Position numbers and translations under genes: made by a program. Below the pieces are notes generated by a model. It ran no database searches. It had not been told where the DNA came from and was given only the letters and a program-made list of their open reading frames with translations. Shown here piece by piece: positions 20,100 to 28,920 of a stretch of 64,000 nucleotides of DNA. Position 1 is the first letter of the stretch. Each line of letters opens with the position of its first letter. The stretch lies in the NCBI GenBank assembly GCA_963744535.1, contig CAVUTW010000001.1, positions 238,999 to 302,998 of the forward strand, read 5' to 3'. This DNA is from an uncultured Solirubrobacterales bacterium (GTDB taxonomy: Bacteria > Actinomycetota > Thermoleophilia > Solirubrobacterales > Solirubrobacteraceae).

Positions 20100-21245
20100 T
20101 CAGAGCGCCAGCACGCGCCCCAAGATCTCCCTCATGATCTCGTCGCTGCCGCCGCCGATCGGCCCGAGCCGGGCGTCGCGGGCGGCGCGCTCGACCCATC
20201 CCTCGCGCATGTACCCCGCGCCGCCGTGGATCTGCAGGCAGGCGTCCATCAGCTCGTAGGAGGCCCGCTGGGTGAGGAGCTTCGCCATCGTCACCTCGCG
20301 CAGCGGTTCCTCGCCGGCCATGAAGCGGCGCAGCGCGTCGTAGGTGACGCAGCGGCAGGTGTACACGCTGGTGGCGAGGTCGGCGAGCTTGTGGCGGGTC
20401 ACCTGATGCTTCGCGAGTGGACGCCCGAAGGCGGTGCGCTCGCGCGCGAACTGCGCGGTGCGCTCCCACGCAAGGCCCATTGCGGCGCTGGCCCCGAGCG
20501 CCATCGCCAAGCGCTCCCACTGGAAGTTGGCCATGATCAGCTTGAAGCCTTCGTGCTCGGGCCCGAGCAGGTTCTCGGCCGGCACGAACACGTCCTCGAA
20601 GGCGATCGTCGCCGTATCGGAGGCCGCCCAGCCGAGCTTCTTGAGCTTCGATGAGCTGACGCCCTCGCCGCGCTCGACGATCAGGAAGGAGATCCCATGG
20701 TGGCCGCCCTCCGCGGTGGTCTTCACCGCGGTGACGAGGAAGTGCGCGCGCACGCCGTTGGTGATGTAGGTCTTCTCGCCGTTGACCACCCATCCCCCGT
20801 CCACGGGAGTGGCGAGCGTGCGCAGCGCGGCCACGTCCGATCCGGCGCCGGGCTCGGTGATCGCCAGCGCCCCGATCTTCTCTCCCCGGATGGCGGGCAC
20901 GAGATAGCGCTGCTTCTGCTCCTCGCTGCCGAACTTCCAGATCGGGGGCGTGGCGATGTTGACGTGCGCTCCGATCCCCGCCGCGGTGCCGCCCGAGCCG
21001 GTGCGGGTGAGCTCCTCGATCAGGATCGCGTCGTGCAGGTAGTCGCCGCCCTGGCCGCCGTACTCCTCGGGGTACTTCAGCCCGAGGAAGCCGTGGGCGG
21101 CGAGCTTGGGGAAGACCTCGTCGGGAAACCATTCCGCGCGCTCCCACTCCTGCGCGTGGGGCGCCAGCTCGCGCTCGACGAAGCGCCGGATCGACTCGCG
21201 CAGCTCCTCGTGCTCGTCGGTGAAGGGGGGCGTGGGCTGGGTCAT
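20100..21245 (-). CDS. Acyl-CoA dehydrogenase
   Basis: ITEPGAGSDV, NGEKTYITNG, QIHGGAGY, IGGGSDEIM. Confidence 0.94.
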   Translation of the reverse strand: MTQPTPPFTDEHEELRESIRRFVERELAPHAQEWERAEWFPDEVFPKLAAHGFLGLKYPEEYGGQGGDYLHDAILIEELTRTGSGGTAAGIGAHVNIATPPIWKFGSEEQKQRYLVPAIRGEKIGALAITEPGAGSDVAALRTLATPVDGGWVVNGEKTYITNGVRAHFLVTAVKTTAEGGHHGISFLIVERGEGVSSSKLKKLGWAASDTATIAFEDVFVPAENLLGPEHEGFKLIMANFQWERLAMALGASAAMGLAWERTAQFARERTAFGRPLAKHQVTRHKLADLATSVYTCRCVTYDALRRFMAGEEPLREVTMAKLLTQRASYELMDACLQIHGGAGYMREGWVERAARDARLGPIGGGSDEIMREILGRVLAL

Positions 21246-21300
21246 GATGGTGTTTGGGGCAATCGAGCTGGGTCAGGGGCGGGATAGAGCATAGGTGTGG

Positions 21301-21924
21301 TCATCGCATCTGGTGGCGATGAAAGGTTCGACCCCACGGTCCGTTCACCACGATTGTCGTGGGACCGGGTTGAACGATTGTGCCCGGCTTCTCGTTGGTT
21401 TCTATATAGAGAGCGCTCACGGCAGCAAAAAACGCCAAGGCGATGTACAACGAAAGAAAGACCTTCAGCCGTCCTATGGATCTGATCGGCCACAGCCGCG
21501 GCCGGGCATCGGGAGCGACTGGTCGCGCGGAGTACGCTCTCAAATCACCGCGAAAGTTGTCCAGGCTGTCCGGCGATCGGATCGAGCGCGCAAGCAGGCG
21601 GCGATAGTTGGCCGACAAGGATTCGAGTACTGGAATCCGCTGTTCCACACCCGTGTACAGCCGGGAGTAGTAGTAATCCGCCCAAAGGACGACCACTGTC
21701 AGGGCGACCGCGAAGTAATCAGGGAGCGCCACGAAGCTGGTGTAGCTGACAGCCACCAATGCGGCGCCCGCAGTCAGATATAGGCCGCGGATCGCCAGTG
21801 CCGTACGCTGATGCTCATTGATCGCCGCCTCGTGGCGCTCGAGATCGACCTCCACGAGGCGAACGAGCTCCATTGCATCTGCGCCGAGGGCGTCCGCTGC
21901 GTCAGTAGCTGGTTTCGATGACAT
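21301..21924 (-). CDS. Hypothetical membrane protein (about three TMs), putative effector of the NTase operon
   Basis: Hydrophobic segments GLYLTAGAALVAVSY, YFAVALTVVVLWA and VFLSLYIALAFFAAVSALYI; overlaps the upstream gene's stop; lower-GC codon usage. Start 21924 or 21873. Confidence 0.65.
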   Translation of the reverse strand: MSSKPATDAADALGADAMELVRLVEVDLERHEAAINEHQRTALAIRGLYLTAGAALVAVSYTSFVALPDYFAVALTVVVLWADYYYSRLYTGVEQRIPVLESLSANYRRLLARSIRSPDSLDNFRGDLRAYSARPVAPDARPRLWPIRSIGRLKVFLSLYIALAFFAAVSALYIETNEKPGTIVQPGPTTIVVNGPWGRTFHRHQMR

Positions 21925-22408
21925 TCGAGTAACGTTTCCAAACTTCGTCAACGTCGTTGGCGAGTGTGCGATCATTCTCGTCACCAGTCGCCCGCAACCA
22001 TCGCTCCACTGTGTCGAGCCAGCTTGGGAACGCGTCACGGTGGAATGACACGTAATCCTCGTCTTCTTCGGAGTAGCCAAAGTCCATCGAGCCGTGGAAC
22101 AGGTCGCTGAGTTCCTCGAATAGGGCTGCGAGTTCGTTGGTCTCACTTAGCCCGTTGTCGGGGGTTGCTCCCATTTCGACCCTCACTAGTTGTCGCGACA
22201 CCTTACGCTTGTCCTTGTAAGAGAACCCTCGGATACGTATATTGAAGCTTTCAGGCAAGAAGACTTCGTAGAACACGCTCAAGAACCGAATGAGCATCGA
22301 AACGCGTCGCAAGTGGGTGGCCCGCTCGCTGTCGTCAGTGGCTTCGATCTCCGTAATAAAAGCCCTGACTCGCGGCAGGTATTCCGCCACGACCTCGCGC
22401 GCAGTCAT
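21902..22408 (-). CDS. Hypothetical protein (168 aa, acidic C-terminus)
   Basis: ATGA-coupled to the nucleotidyltransferase; no recognisable motif. Confidence 0.7.
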   Translation of the reverse strand: MTAREVVAEYLPRVRAFITEIEATDDSERATHLRRVSMLIRFLSVFYEVFLPESFNIRIRGFSYKDKRKVSRQLVRVEMGATPDNGLSETNELAALFEELSDLFHGSMDFGYSEEDEDYVSFHRDAFPSWLDTVERWLRATGDENDRTLANDVDEVWKRYSNVIETSY

Positions 22409-23121
22409 CCTGTCAATGCAGTTAGCAATCGATAAACCGCGGCTGCAGCGGCCTCGACATTTTCAGGGTCCTTTGACTGGCTATCGGGGCTCCGTGCTGC
22501 GTGCCAATGCTGCTCAAGATCGTCAACACGTTTGCGGTCTGTGGCCGAGAGAGACGCATGAGCATAGGCATGGCTTAGGGCACGATGACGGTTGAACTCG
22601 TTGTAGCCACGGCCCGCACAGAGGAGCATCGCGCCCTGCTTGCCAAGTGCGTACAACTCAGCGGCGGCTGCGTGAGGGTTCAGGTCCAATCCGCGCGGCT
22701 GATCCATGAGGTCATGAAAACGACGCAACGTCGATGCCCCGAGCCGAGTGACGACTTGCCGATCGAGTGGCTTTATGTTCCGCAGTACTCGCGCCACGAC
22801 GCCGGTCTGGTCACGAAAAGTAATGGCTTCTGATGCCAGATGTATCGCGAAGAGTGGACTACGTGTAGGGAGCGCCGCGAGCCGCGTGGGTGTGTAGAAG
22901 GTCATGGTCACAGCTGTCGGCAGCGAATCATCGAGATCATCCGGCATGGTGTCATCATGCACGACTAGGACATCGATGTCGCTTCTAGGGCCAGCCTCAC
23001 GGCGCGCGACGGAACCGAAGACGGCGACTGCGTCGACGCGGGCGTCCTGCTCAACGCACCGGATCAATTCGCGCGTCTCCGTGAGCCCTGGTCCGGTTGG
23101 TCGAGTGGCGAGGCTGCTCAT
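22405..23121 (-). CDS. Pol-beta superfamily nucleotidyltransferase, Hailong HalB-like
   Basis: VAVFGSVARR...SDIDVLVV (GS...DxD), then FYTPTRL...PLFAIHLASEA and a helical C-terminal lobe. Confidence 0.8.
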   Translation of the reverse strand: MSSLATRPTGPGLTETRELIRCVEQDARVDAVAVFGSVARREAGPRSDIDVLVVHDDTMPDDLDDSLPTAVTMTFYTPTRLAALPTRSPLFAIHLASEAITFRDQTGVVARVLRNIKPLDRQVVTRLGASTLRRFHDLMDQPRGLDLNPHAAAAELYALGKQGAMLLCAGRGYNEFNRHRALSHAYAHASLSATDRKRVDDLEQHWHAARSPDSQSKDPENVEAAAAAVYRLLTALTG

Positions 23122-23246
23122 GCGGTAAGGGTAGTGGCGCAGAAGGACGTCATCAGGGACGATGTCTGCGCCTGACGGCCATCAGCTACCCAAGCCGGAT
23201 ACCGACGCACATCAGGGATACCGTTGTAAGAAATGTGGATGTAGTT

Positions 23247-23353
23247 CCAGGTGGTGCATGCACCACCTGGCCGGACGGCGCATGCGCCGTCCGGGGGAGC
23301 CGCACATGTGTTGCTCCCGCCCTTGCCACATGTGGCAAGGGCGGGAGCAACAC
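23247..23353. repeat. Three perfect loop-less palindromes centred on CATG
   Basis: 23247-23270 CCAGGTGGTGCA|TGCACCACCTGG; 23271-23294 CCGGACGGCGCA|TGCGCCGTCCGG; 23308-23353 GTGTTGCTCCCGCCCTTGCCACA|TGTGGCAAGGGCGGGAGCAACAC. Confidence 0.95.
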
Positions 23354-23413
23354 CATCAGAGCCCGTACGAGCGCTCGCTTATTCCCGCCCGACCGCCCCG
23401 GTGGGGACGACGA

Positions 23414-24604
23414 TCACAGCCCGTACGAACGTCCAATAACCTCGAGCATGATCTCATCCGTGCCCGCGCCGATGCGGTTGAGACGCAGGTCGCGCCACGC
23501 CCGCTCGATTCCGTACTCGCGCATGTAGCCGGCGCCGCCGTGGATCTGCAGGCACTCGTCGGCGACCTCGCAGGCGATCCGCGAGGCGTACAGCTTCGCC
23601 ATCGAGATCTCGCGCACGGGGTAGTCGCCGTTCTGCTGGCGCCACGCGGTCATGTACACCATCTGGCGGGCCGTCTCGATCTTCGTGGCCATCTCCGCGA
23701 ACTTGTGGCGGATCACTTGGAAGTTGCCGATCGCCCGGCCGAACGCGGTGCGCTCTTTAGCGTACTCGAGCGTGCGCTCGAAGCAGCGCTGCGCGCCCGC
23801 CACGCTGCCCGCGGCGCCGATCAGGCGCTCGCCCTGGAGCTCCCACATGATGTGGTAGAAGCCCCTGCCCACCTGGCCGAGCACGGCCGACTCGGGCACG
23901 CGCACGTCCTGGAAGGCCAAGAGCGCCGTGTCGGAGGCGTGCATCCCCATCTTCTCCAGCTTCTTCTCGCGGATCACCCCCGGCGAGTCCATCGGCACGA
24001 GGAACAGCGTGAAGCCGTCGTACCCGGCGTCGGCGTCGGTCTTGGTCACCAGCACGATCACGTGCGCGCGGTGGCCGTTGGTGATGTAGGTCTTCGAGCC
24101 GTTGATCACGTATTCGTCGCCGTCTTTGACGGCGCGCGTCTTGATCCCTTTCACGTCGCTGCCGGCGTCCGGCTCGGTGATGCCGAGGCAGAGGATCTTC
24201 GTGCCGGCGATCGCGGGCGCCGCCCACTCCCGCTTCTGCTCGTCGGTGCCAAACGCGAGGATCGGGGGCATCGCCATGTCGGTCTGCACCGCCACCCCCA
24301 TCGCCAACCCGCCGCTGTTGGCGTGGCCGATCTCCTCGGCGAGCACCAGCGCGCTGTAGTAGTCCCCGCCCTGGCCGCCCCACTCCTCGGGCTTGTCGAG
24401 GCCGAGAAAGCCCAGCTCGCCCATGCGCGTGAACACGGAATCCGGGAATGTCGTCTCCTCCCATTCCTCGGCATGCGGTGCCAGCTCTTTGATCGCGAAG
24501 TTCCTGATCGACTCGCGCAGCTGTTCGTGCTCGTCGGTGAACAGGAAGTGCTTGCGTTTGGCGGCGAAGTCGGGCTTCAATACGGGCTCGGCGGTGGCGG
24601 CCAT
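23414..24604 (-). CDS. Acyl-CoA dehydrogenase
   Basis: ITEPDAGSDV, NGSKTYITNG, QIHGGAGY, IGAGTDEIM; RBS AAGGAG before MAATAEP. Confidence 0.94.
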   Translation of the reverse strand: MAATAEPVLKPDFAAKRKHFLFTDEHEQLRESIRNFAIKELAPHAEEWEETTFPDSVFTRMGELGFLGLDKPEEWGGQGGDYYSALVLAEEIGHANSGGLAMGVAVQTDMAMPPILAFGTDEQKREWAAPAIAGTKILCLGITEPDAGSDVKGIKTRAVKDGDEYVINGSKTYITNGHRAHVIVLVTKTDADAGYDGFTLFLVPMDSPGVIREKKLEKMGMHASDTALLAFQDVRVPESAVLGQVGRGFYHIMWELQGERLIGAAGSVAGAQRCFERTLEYAKERTAFGRAIGNFQVIRHKFAEMATKIETARQMVYMTAWRQQNGDYPVREISMAKLYASRIACEVADECLQIHGGAGYMREYGIERAWRDLRLNRIGAGTDEIMLEVIGRSYGL

Positions 24605-24811
24605 CTCGGTGGGCTCCTTGTCTGGTGGGTCGCGCGGGACGCGGCGCGGTTCGTCGTGATCGCTTGTGCTCGCAGAAACTAGCGCTTCAGCCAGGAAAAG
24701 GAAAGCGAGTCGGGGGGCGGCCGAGCGTTCCGTCCCAAGCCGCGAGTAGCGTGCGGACAATGAGCTTCGCACGCCATCGCAGCGCTGACGCGCAGACGGT
24801 AAAATCGCGCC

Positions 24812-25327
24812 ATGCCGACGGTCATTCTCGATCCGCTCCCGGTGGAGATCGATGAGCTGCTGTATCGCCGCAAACAGCTCGGCCTCGATCGCGCCGACGA
24901 GATGTGGGACGGGGTGCTGCACGTGAATCCCTCCCCGCACGGTCGCCACGGTCGCGTGCTGCAGCAGCTCGCTGAGATCGTCGGACCGCTGGCGCACGCC
25001 GCAGGTTTCATCCCGATCGCGGACTTCAATCTCGGGACCGAGGGCAACTACCGCGTGCCCGACAGCGGCATCCTTCACCCTGGGCCCGATCAGATGTACT
25101 ACCCCACCGCGGCGCTCGTCGTGGAGATCATCTCTCCCTACGACGAGACATTCGCCAAGCTCCCCTTCTACGCCGCCCACGACGTCGAGGAGATCCTGAC
25201 CGTCGATCCCAAGAAGCACGAGGTGCAGTGGCTCGCGCTGCGCGGCGATCACTACGAGCCGATCGAGCGCAGCGGCCTGATTGAGCTTGGGCGGGCGGAG
25301 CTGGCCGAGCGGATCGCCTGGTCGTAG
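24812..25327 (+). CDS. Uma2/DUF820 family endonuclease-fold protein
   Basis: EMWDGVL..P.P...H, VPD, LVVEIISP, K...YA. Confidence 0.85.
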   Translation: MPTVILDPLPVEIDELLYRRKQLGLDRADEMWDGVLHVNPSPHGRHGRVLQQLAEIVGPLAHAAGFIPIADFNLGTEGNYRVPDSGILHPGPDQMYYPTAALVVEIISPYDETFAKLPFYAAHDVEEILTVDPKKHEVQWLALRGDHYEPIERSGLIELGRAELAERIAWS

Positions 25328-25412
25328 GCTCGGCGATTCCTCCCGAGCCCGAGCACGCCGCGTTCACACAGTTGATATAGGCTGGCTCGCTCACCAATCG
25401 GGAGGCCTTGAG

Positions 25413-26333
25413 ATGCGGGGAACGTGCATGCTGTTCGGGATCGCGCTGGCGCTGGCGCTGGCTGGAGCGCCCGGGGTGGCGTCTGCCGCCGAACCTGCCC
25501 CGGCGCCCATTCCTGCGCCGGCACAGGCGCCGCTGCCCGCATCGCTGCTGGCGCTCGAGCAGAAGATGGAAGAACTGCAGGTGGCCAGCATGCGCTTCTC
25601 GGCTGAAACCTCCTTTGCCGTGTCGCGCGGAAGCCACAGGCTCAAGAAGCTCCTGGGGCTGCTCCTGTCTACGGGGATCTCCGGGGAAGAGACCTTCTCC
25701 CCAGCGGCGGGCAACGTCACGTTCACCCTGTTCGGGCATCCGTTCAAGCTGCGCGTGGTGGGCAACACCACCTACCTCTATTTTCGCGCGCTCGACCGCC
25801 CCGATCACGGCCGGCCCTGGGTCAAGCTCGGTTCCGGCGGCCTGTTCGAACTTTTCAAGGTCAACGGAAAGCATGTGAAGCTGCCCAAGACCCCTGAATC
25901 AAACATGGACCAACCAGCGCTTGCGGAACCGCCGTTCACGGGTCTGCGCAAAGCGCTGGCAGGAGCGGAGGAAGTGCGCGAAACCGGGACCGGGACGCTC
26001 TACGGGCAGCCGGTTACGAACTTCCTTGCGATCCTCGAACCCGAACAGCTGGAGCACGAAAAGGACCTCGCGTCCACCTCGCGGCGGCTTCCTTCGCCCC
26101 AGCCGCCGATGGTCACGCTCGAAACATCGCTGGCGCAGGACGGCCTGCCGGTGCGCACCGTGATCGCCGAGCACAGCCAAGGGTTGACGGTCACCGCCAC
26201 GGTCAATATCCCAGCGATCAACTTCCCGCTCGTAATCGAAGCGCCACCGGCCTCGCAGACGATCAGCATCGGGCAGCTGCACAGACTCGAACGCCGCGCT
26301 CGCCGTCGCCACCACTCGAAGCGCACACGGTGA
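25413..26333 (+). CDS. Secreted hypothetical protein (possibly LppX/LprAFG-like fold)
   Basis: Signal peptide ending ASA; GRPWVKL motif; GGAGG RBS. Confidence 0.55.
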   Translation: MRGTCMLFGIALALALAGAPGVASAAEPAPAPIPAPAQAPLPASLLALEQKMEELQVASMRFSAETSFAVSRGSHRLKKLLGLLLSTGISGEETFSPAAGNVTFTLFGHPFKLRVVGNTTYLYFRALDRPDHGRPWVKLGSGGLFELFKVNGKHVKLPKTPESNMDQPALAEPPFTGLRKALAGAEEVRETGTGTLYGQPVTNFLAILEPEQLEHEKDLASTSRRLPSPQPPMVTLETSLAQDGLPVRTVIAEHSQGLTVTATVNIPAINFPLVIEAPPASQTISIGQLHRLERRARRRHHSKRTR

Positions 26334-26398
26334 CCTGACTTTGGCGGGCGACTGGCCAACCAGCCAGCCGGGCGCGGGTGCCGCGCCGGCCGGGTACG

Positions 26399-27235
26399 AT
26401 GCCCAGCGTGTCCGAGCAGCCCGTCGCCCCGCAGTCCCCGCCCGCGCCCGATAGCCGGTCGGGAGCCGTGCTCTACGACGTGGCCGACGGCGTCGCCACG
26501 ATCACGCTGAACGAGCCCGCCACCCGCAACGCACTCTCTGCCGAGCTGCTGGGCGGGCTGATCGCGGCGCTCGAGCGCGCGCGCGATGCCCAGGAGGTGC
26601 GCTGCGTGGTGTTGGCGTCCTCGCACGAGAAGGTGTTCTCCTCCGGCGCCAACCTCGGCGGGTTCGCCGGAGATGTGCCGCTGGTGTACAAGCACTTCGG
26701 CAGCGAGCAGTTCGTCGGGCTGTTCAAGCTGATCGGCGCGCTCGGCAAGCCCGTGATCTGCGCTGCCCGCGGGCACGTGCTCGCCGGGGCGCTCGGGATC
26801 GCGCTGGCGTGCGACCTGATCGTGGCCTCCGAGAACGCCACGTTCGGTACGCCTGAGATCAACGTGGGGGCGTTCCCATTCATGATCATGGCGCTGATCT
26901 ACCGCAACGTGCCGCGCAAGCGCGCCAACGAACTGCTGCTGCTCGGCGAGCGCTGGTCCGCACAGGAGGCGCTGGCGGCGGGGATCGTCAACAAGGTCGT
27001 GCCCGCGGAGGAGTTCGACGCCGCCGTGGCCGAGTGGGCGGGGAAGCTCGCCGCCAAGTCGCCGCTGATCATGCGCCTCGGCAAGGAGGCCATGCGCCGC
27101 CAGCTCGACATGCCCTTGGAGGATGCCCTCGACTACCTGCGCGCGCAATTGACGCTGGCACTCTCCACGGAGGACATCGTCGAGGGCGTCACCGCGTTCT
27201 TCGAGAAGCGCGACCCCGTGTGGAAAGGACGATGA
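26399..27235 (+). CDS. Enoyl-CoA hydratase/isomerase family protein
   Basis: TRNAL, FSSGANL, LACDL, FGTPEINVG, AFFEKRDP. Confidence 0.9.
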   Translation: MPSVSEQPVAPQSPPAPDSRSGAVLYDVADGVATITLNEPATRNALSAELLGGLIAALERARDAQEVRCVVLASSHEKVFSSGANLGGFAGDVPLVYKHFGSEQFVGLFKLIGALGKPVICAARGHVLAGALGIALACDLIVASENATFGTPEINVGAFPFMIMALIYRNVPRKRANELLLLGERWSAQEALAAGIVNKVVPAEEFDAAVAEWAGKLAAKSPLIMRLGKEAMRRQLDMPLEDALDYLRAQLTLALSTEDIVEGVTAFFEKRDPVWKGR

Positions 27236-28884
27236 TGAGCGACGACGCCCCAACCGATGCCCCTGATGCGCCGGTGGCCGAGGCTCCCGTCGTGCCGCTC
27301 GCCGCGCCGACCGAGGCGCCCACTTCCCTGCTGCGCCCGCTCATCGAGGACCTCGAAGCGCGCCGCGCGAAGGCGATGCTGGGGGGCGGCGAGGAGAAGA
27401 TCGCCAAGCAGCACGAGCGCGAAAAGCTCACCGCGCGCGAGCGGATCGCGCTGCTGGTCGACTCCGGCACGTTCGTCGAGCTCGGCATCCACGGCCGCCC
27501 GCACTCCGCGCAGCGCGCGATGGACGGCGTGGACGCTCCCGCCGACGGCGTGATCACCGGCTACGGCAAGATCGACGGCCGCCTCGCCGCGGTGTGCGCG
27601 TACGACTTCACCGTGATGGCCGGCTCGATGGGGATGACCGGTGAGATCAAGGTGACACGTCTGCGCGAGCTGGCGCTGACCAAGCGCATCCCGTTCGTGT
27701 GGCTGCTCGACTCCGCGGGCGCGCGCGTGCAGGAGGCCGCCGGCGCGATGTTCGCCGGCTCCGGGCATCTGTTCCGCGAGGAGGTCGTGGCGAGCGGCGT
27801 GATCCCGCAGGTCGCCGCCCTGATGGGGCCGTGCGCCGCCGGCACCGCCTACATCCCCGGCCTCGCCGACTTCGTCCCGATGGTGCGGGGTCGCGGCTCG
27901 ATGGCGCTCGCCGGCCCTCACCTGGTGCGTGCGGCGGTGGGGGAGGACGTCACCCAGGAGGAACTTGGCGGCTCGCGCGTGCACTGCCGCAAGTCGGGCG
28001 TGGGCGACATGGAAGTGGCCGACGACGCGGAGTGCATCGCGCGCATCAAGGAGTACCTCTCCTACTTCCCTTCCAACTGCGAAGAATCCCCGCCGGTGCG
28101 GGCGGGCGGGGCCGAAGCCGACCCGATCGAGCGCGCCGAGGAGGCGCTGCTGGACGTGTTGCCGGAGTCCAACCGCAAGCCGTACGACATGTACGACGTG
28201 ATCAAGCTGATCGTCGACGATGGCGAGTACCTCGACATCAAGCGCCAGTGGGCGAAGACGATCATCACCTGCTTTGCGCGCTTCGGCGGGCGGCCCGTCG
28301 GGATCGTCGCCAACCAGCCGCGCCAGCTGGGGGGGATCCTCGACAACGACTCCGCCGACAAGGCCGCGCGCTTCGTCAACCTCTGCAACGCGTTTGGCGT
28401 CCCGCTCCTGTTCATTCAGGACGTGCCCGGCTTCATGGTGGGCACCAAAGTGGAGGCCGAAGGGATCATCCGCCACGGCGCCAAGATGCTGTACGCCGTT
28501 GCCAACGCCACGGTGCCGAAGATCACGGTCATCACCCGCAAGGCATACGGCGCCGGCTACTACGTGATGAACGGCCGTGCCTACGAGCCCGACCTGATCG
28601 TCGCGTGGCCGAGTGCTGAGATCTCGGTGATGGGCGCGGAGGGCGTGGTCGAGATCGCCTTCCGCAAAGTCGTCGAGGAAGCCGAGGACCCCGCCGCCAA
28701 GCGCGCCGAGCTGATCGAGGGCTTCCGCAAGCAGTTCGACGTGTACATCGCCGCCGGCAACGACCTGATCGACGACGTGATCGACCCGCGCGAGACGCGC
28801 TCGGTGGTCTGCCGTGCGCTGGAGATGTCCGCGGGCAAGAAGGTCGAGCGGCCGTGGAAGCGGCATGGGGTGGTGCCGGTATGA
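27232..28884 (+). CDS. Acyl-CoA carboxylase carboxyltransferase (beta) subunit
   Basis: KLTARERI, DFTVMAGS, DSAGARVQE, DVPGFMVG, RKAYGAG, DDVIDPRETR; ATGA overlap. Confidence 0.93.
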   Translation: MMSDDAPTDAPDAPVAEAPVVPLAAPTEAPTSLLRPLIEDLEARRAKAMLGGGEEKIAKQHEREKLTARERIALLVDSGTFVELGIHGRPHSAQRAMDGVDAPADGVITGYGKIDGRLAAVCAYDFTVMAGSMGMTGEIKVTRLRELALTKRIPFVWLLDSAGARVQEAAGAMFAGSGHLFREEVVASGVIPQVAALMGPCAAGTAYIPGLADFVPMVRGRGSMALAGPHLVRAAVGEDVTQEELGGSRVHCRKSGVGDMEVADDAECIARIKEYLSYFPSNCEESPPVRAGGAEADPIERAEEALLDVLPESNRKPYDMYDVIKLIVDDGEYLDIKRQWAKTIITCFARFGGRPVGIVANQPRQLGGILDNDSADKAARFVNLCNAFGVPLLFIQDVPGFMVGTKVEAEGIIRHGAKMLYAVANATVPKITVITRKAYGAGYYVMNGRAYEPDLIVAWPSAEISVMGAEGVVEIAFRKVVEEAEDPAAKRAELIEGFRKQFDVYIAAGNDLIDDVIDPRETRSVVCRALEMSAGKKVERPWKRHGVVPV

Positions 28885-28920
28885 CGCCGCGAACGTTCAA
28901 CATCGATGAGGAGCGCTCGC

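Noticed and set aside
21902-23121. Classical MNT-HEPN toxin-antitoxin or CBASS
   Set aside because: No RX4-6H HEPN motif is evident in gene 2, and the NTase is longer than a minimal MNT and shorter than a typical CD-NTase. Not fully excluded without HMM searches.
24812-25327. Uma2 protein as part of the NTase defence island
   Set aside because: It is separated from the island by an ACAD, lies on the opposite strand and belongs to a widely scattered multicopy family.
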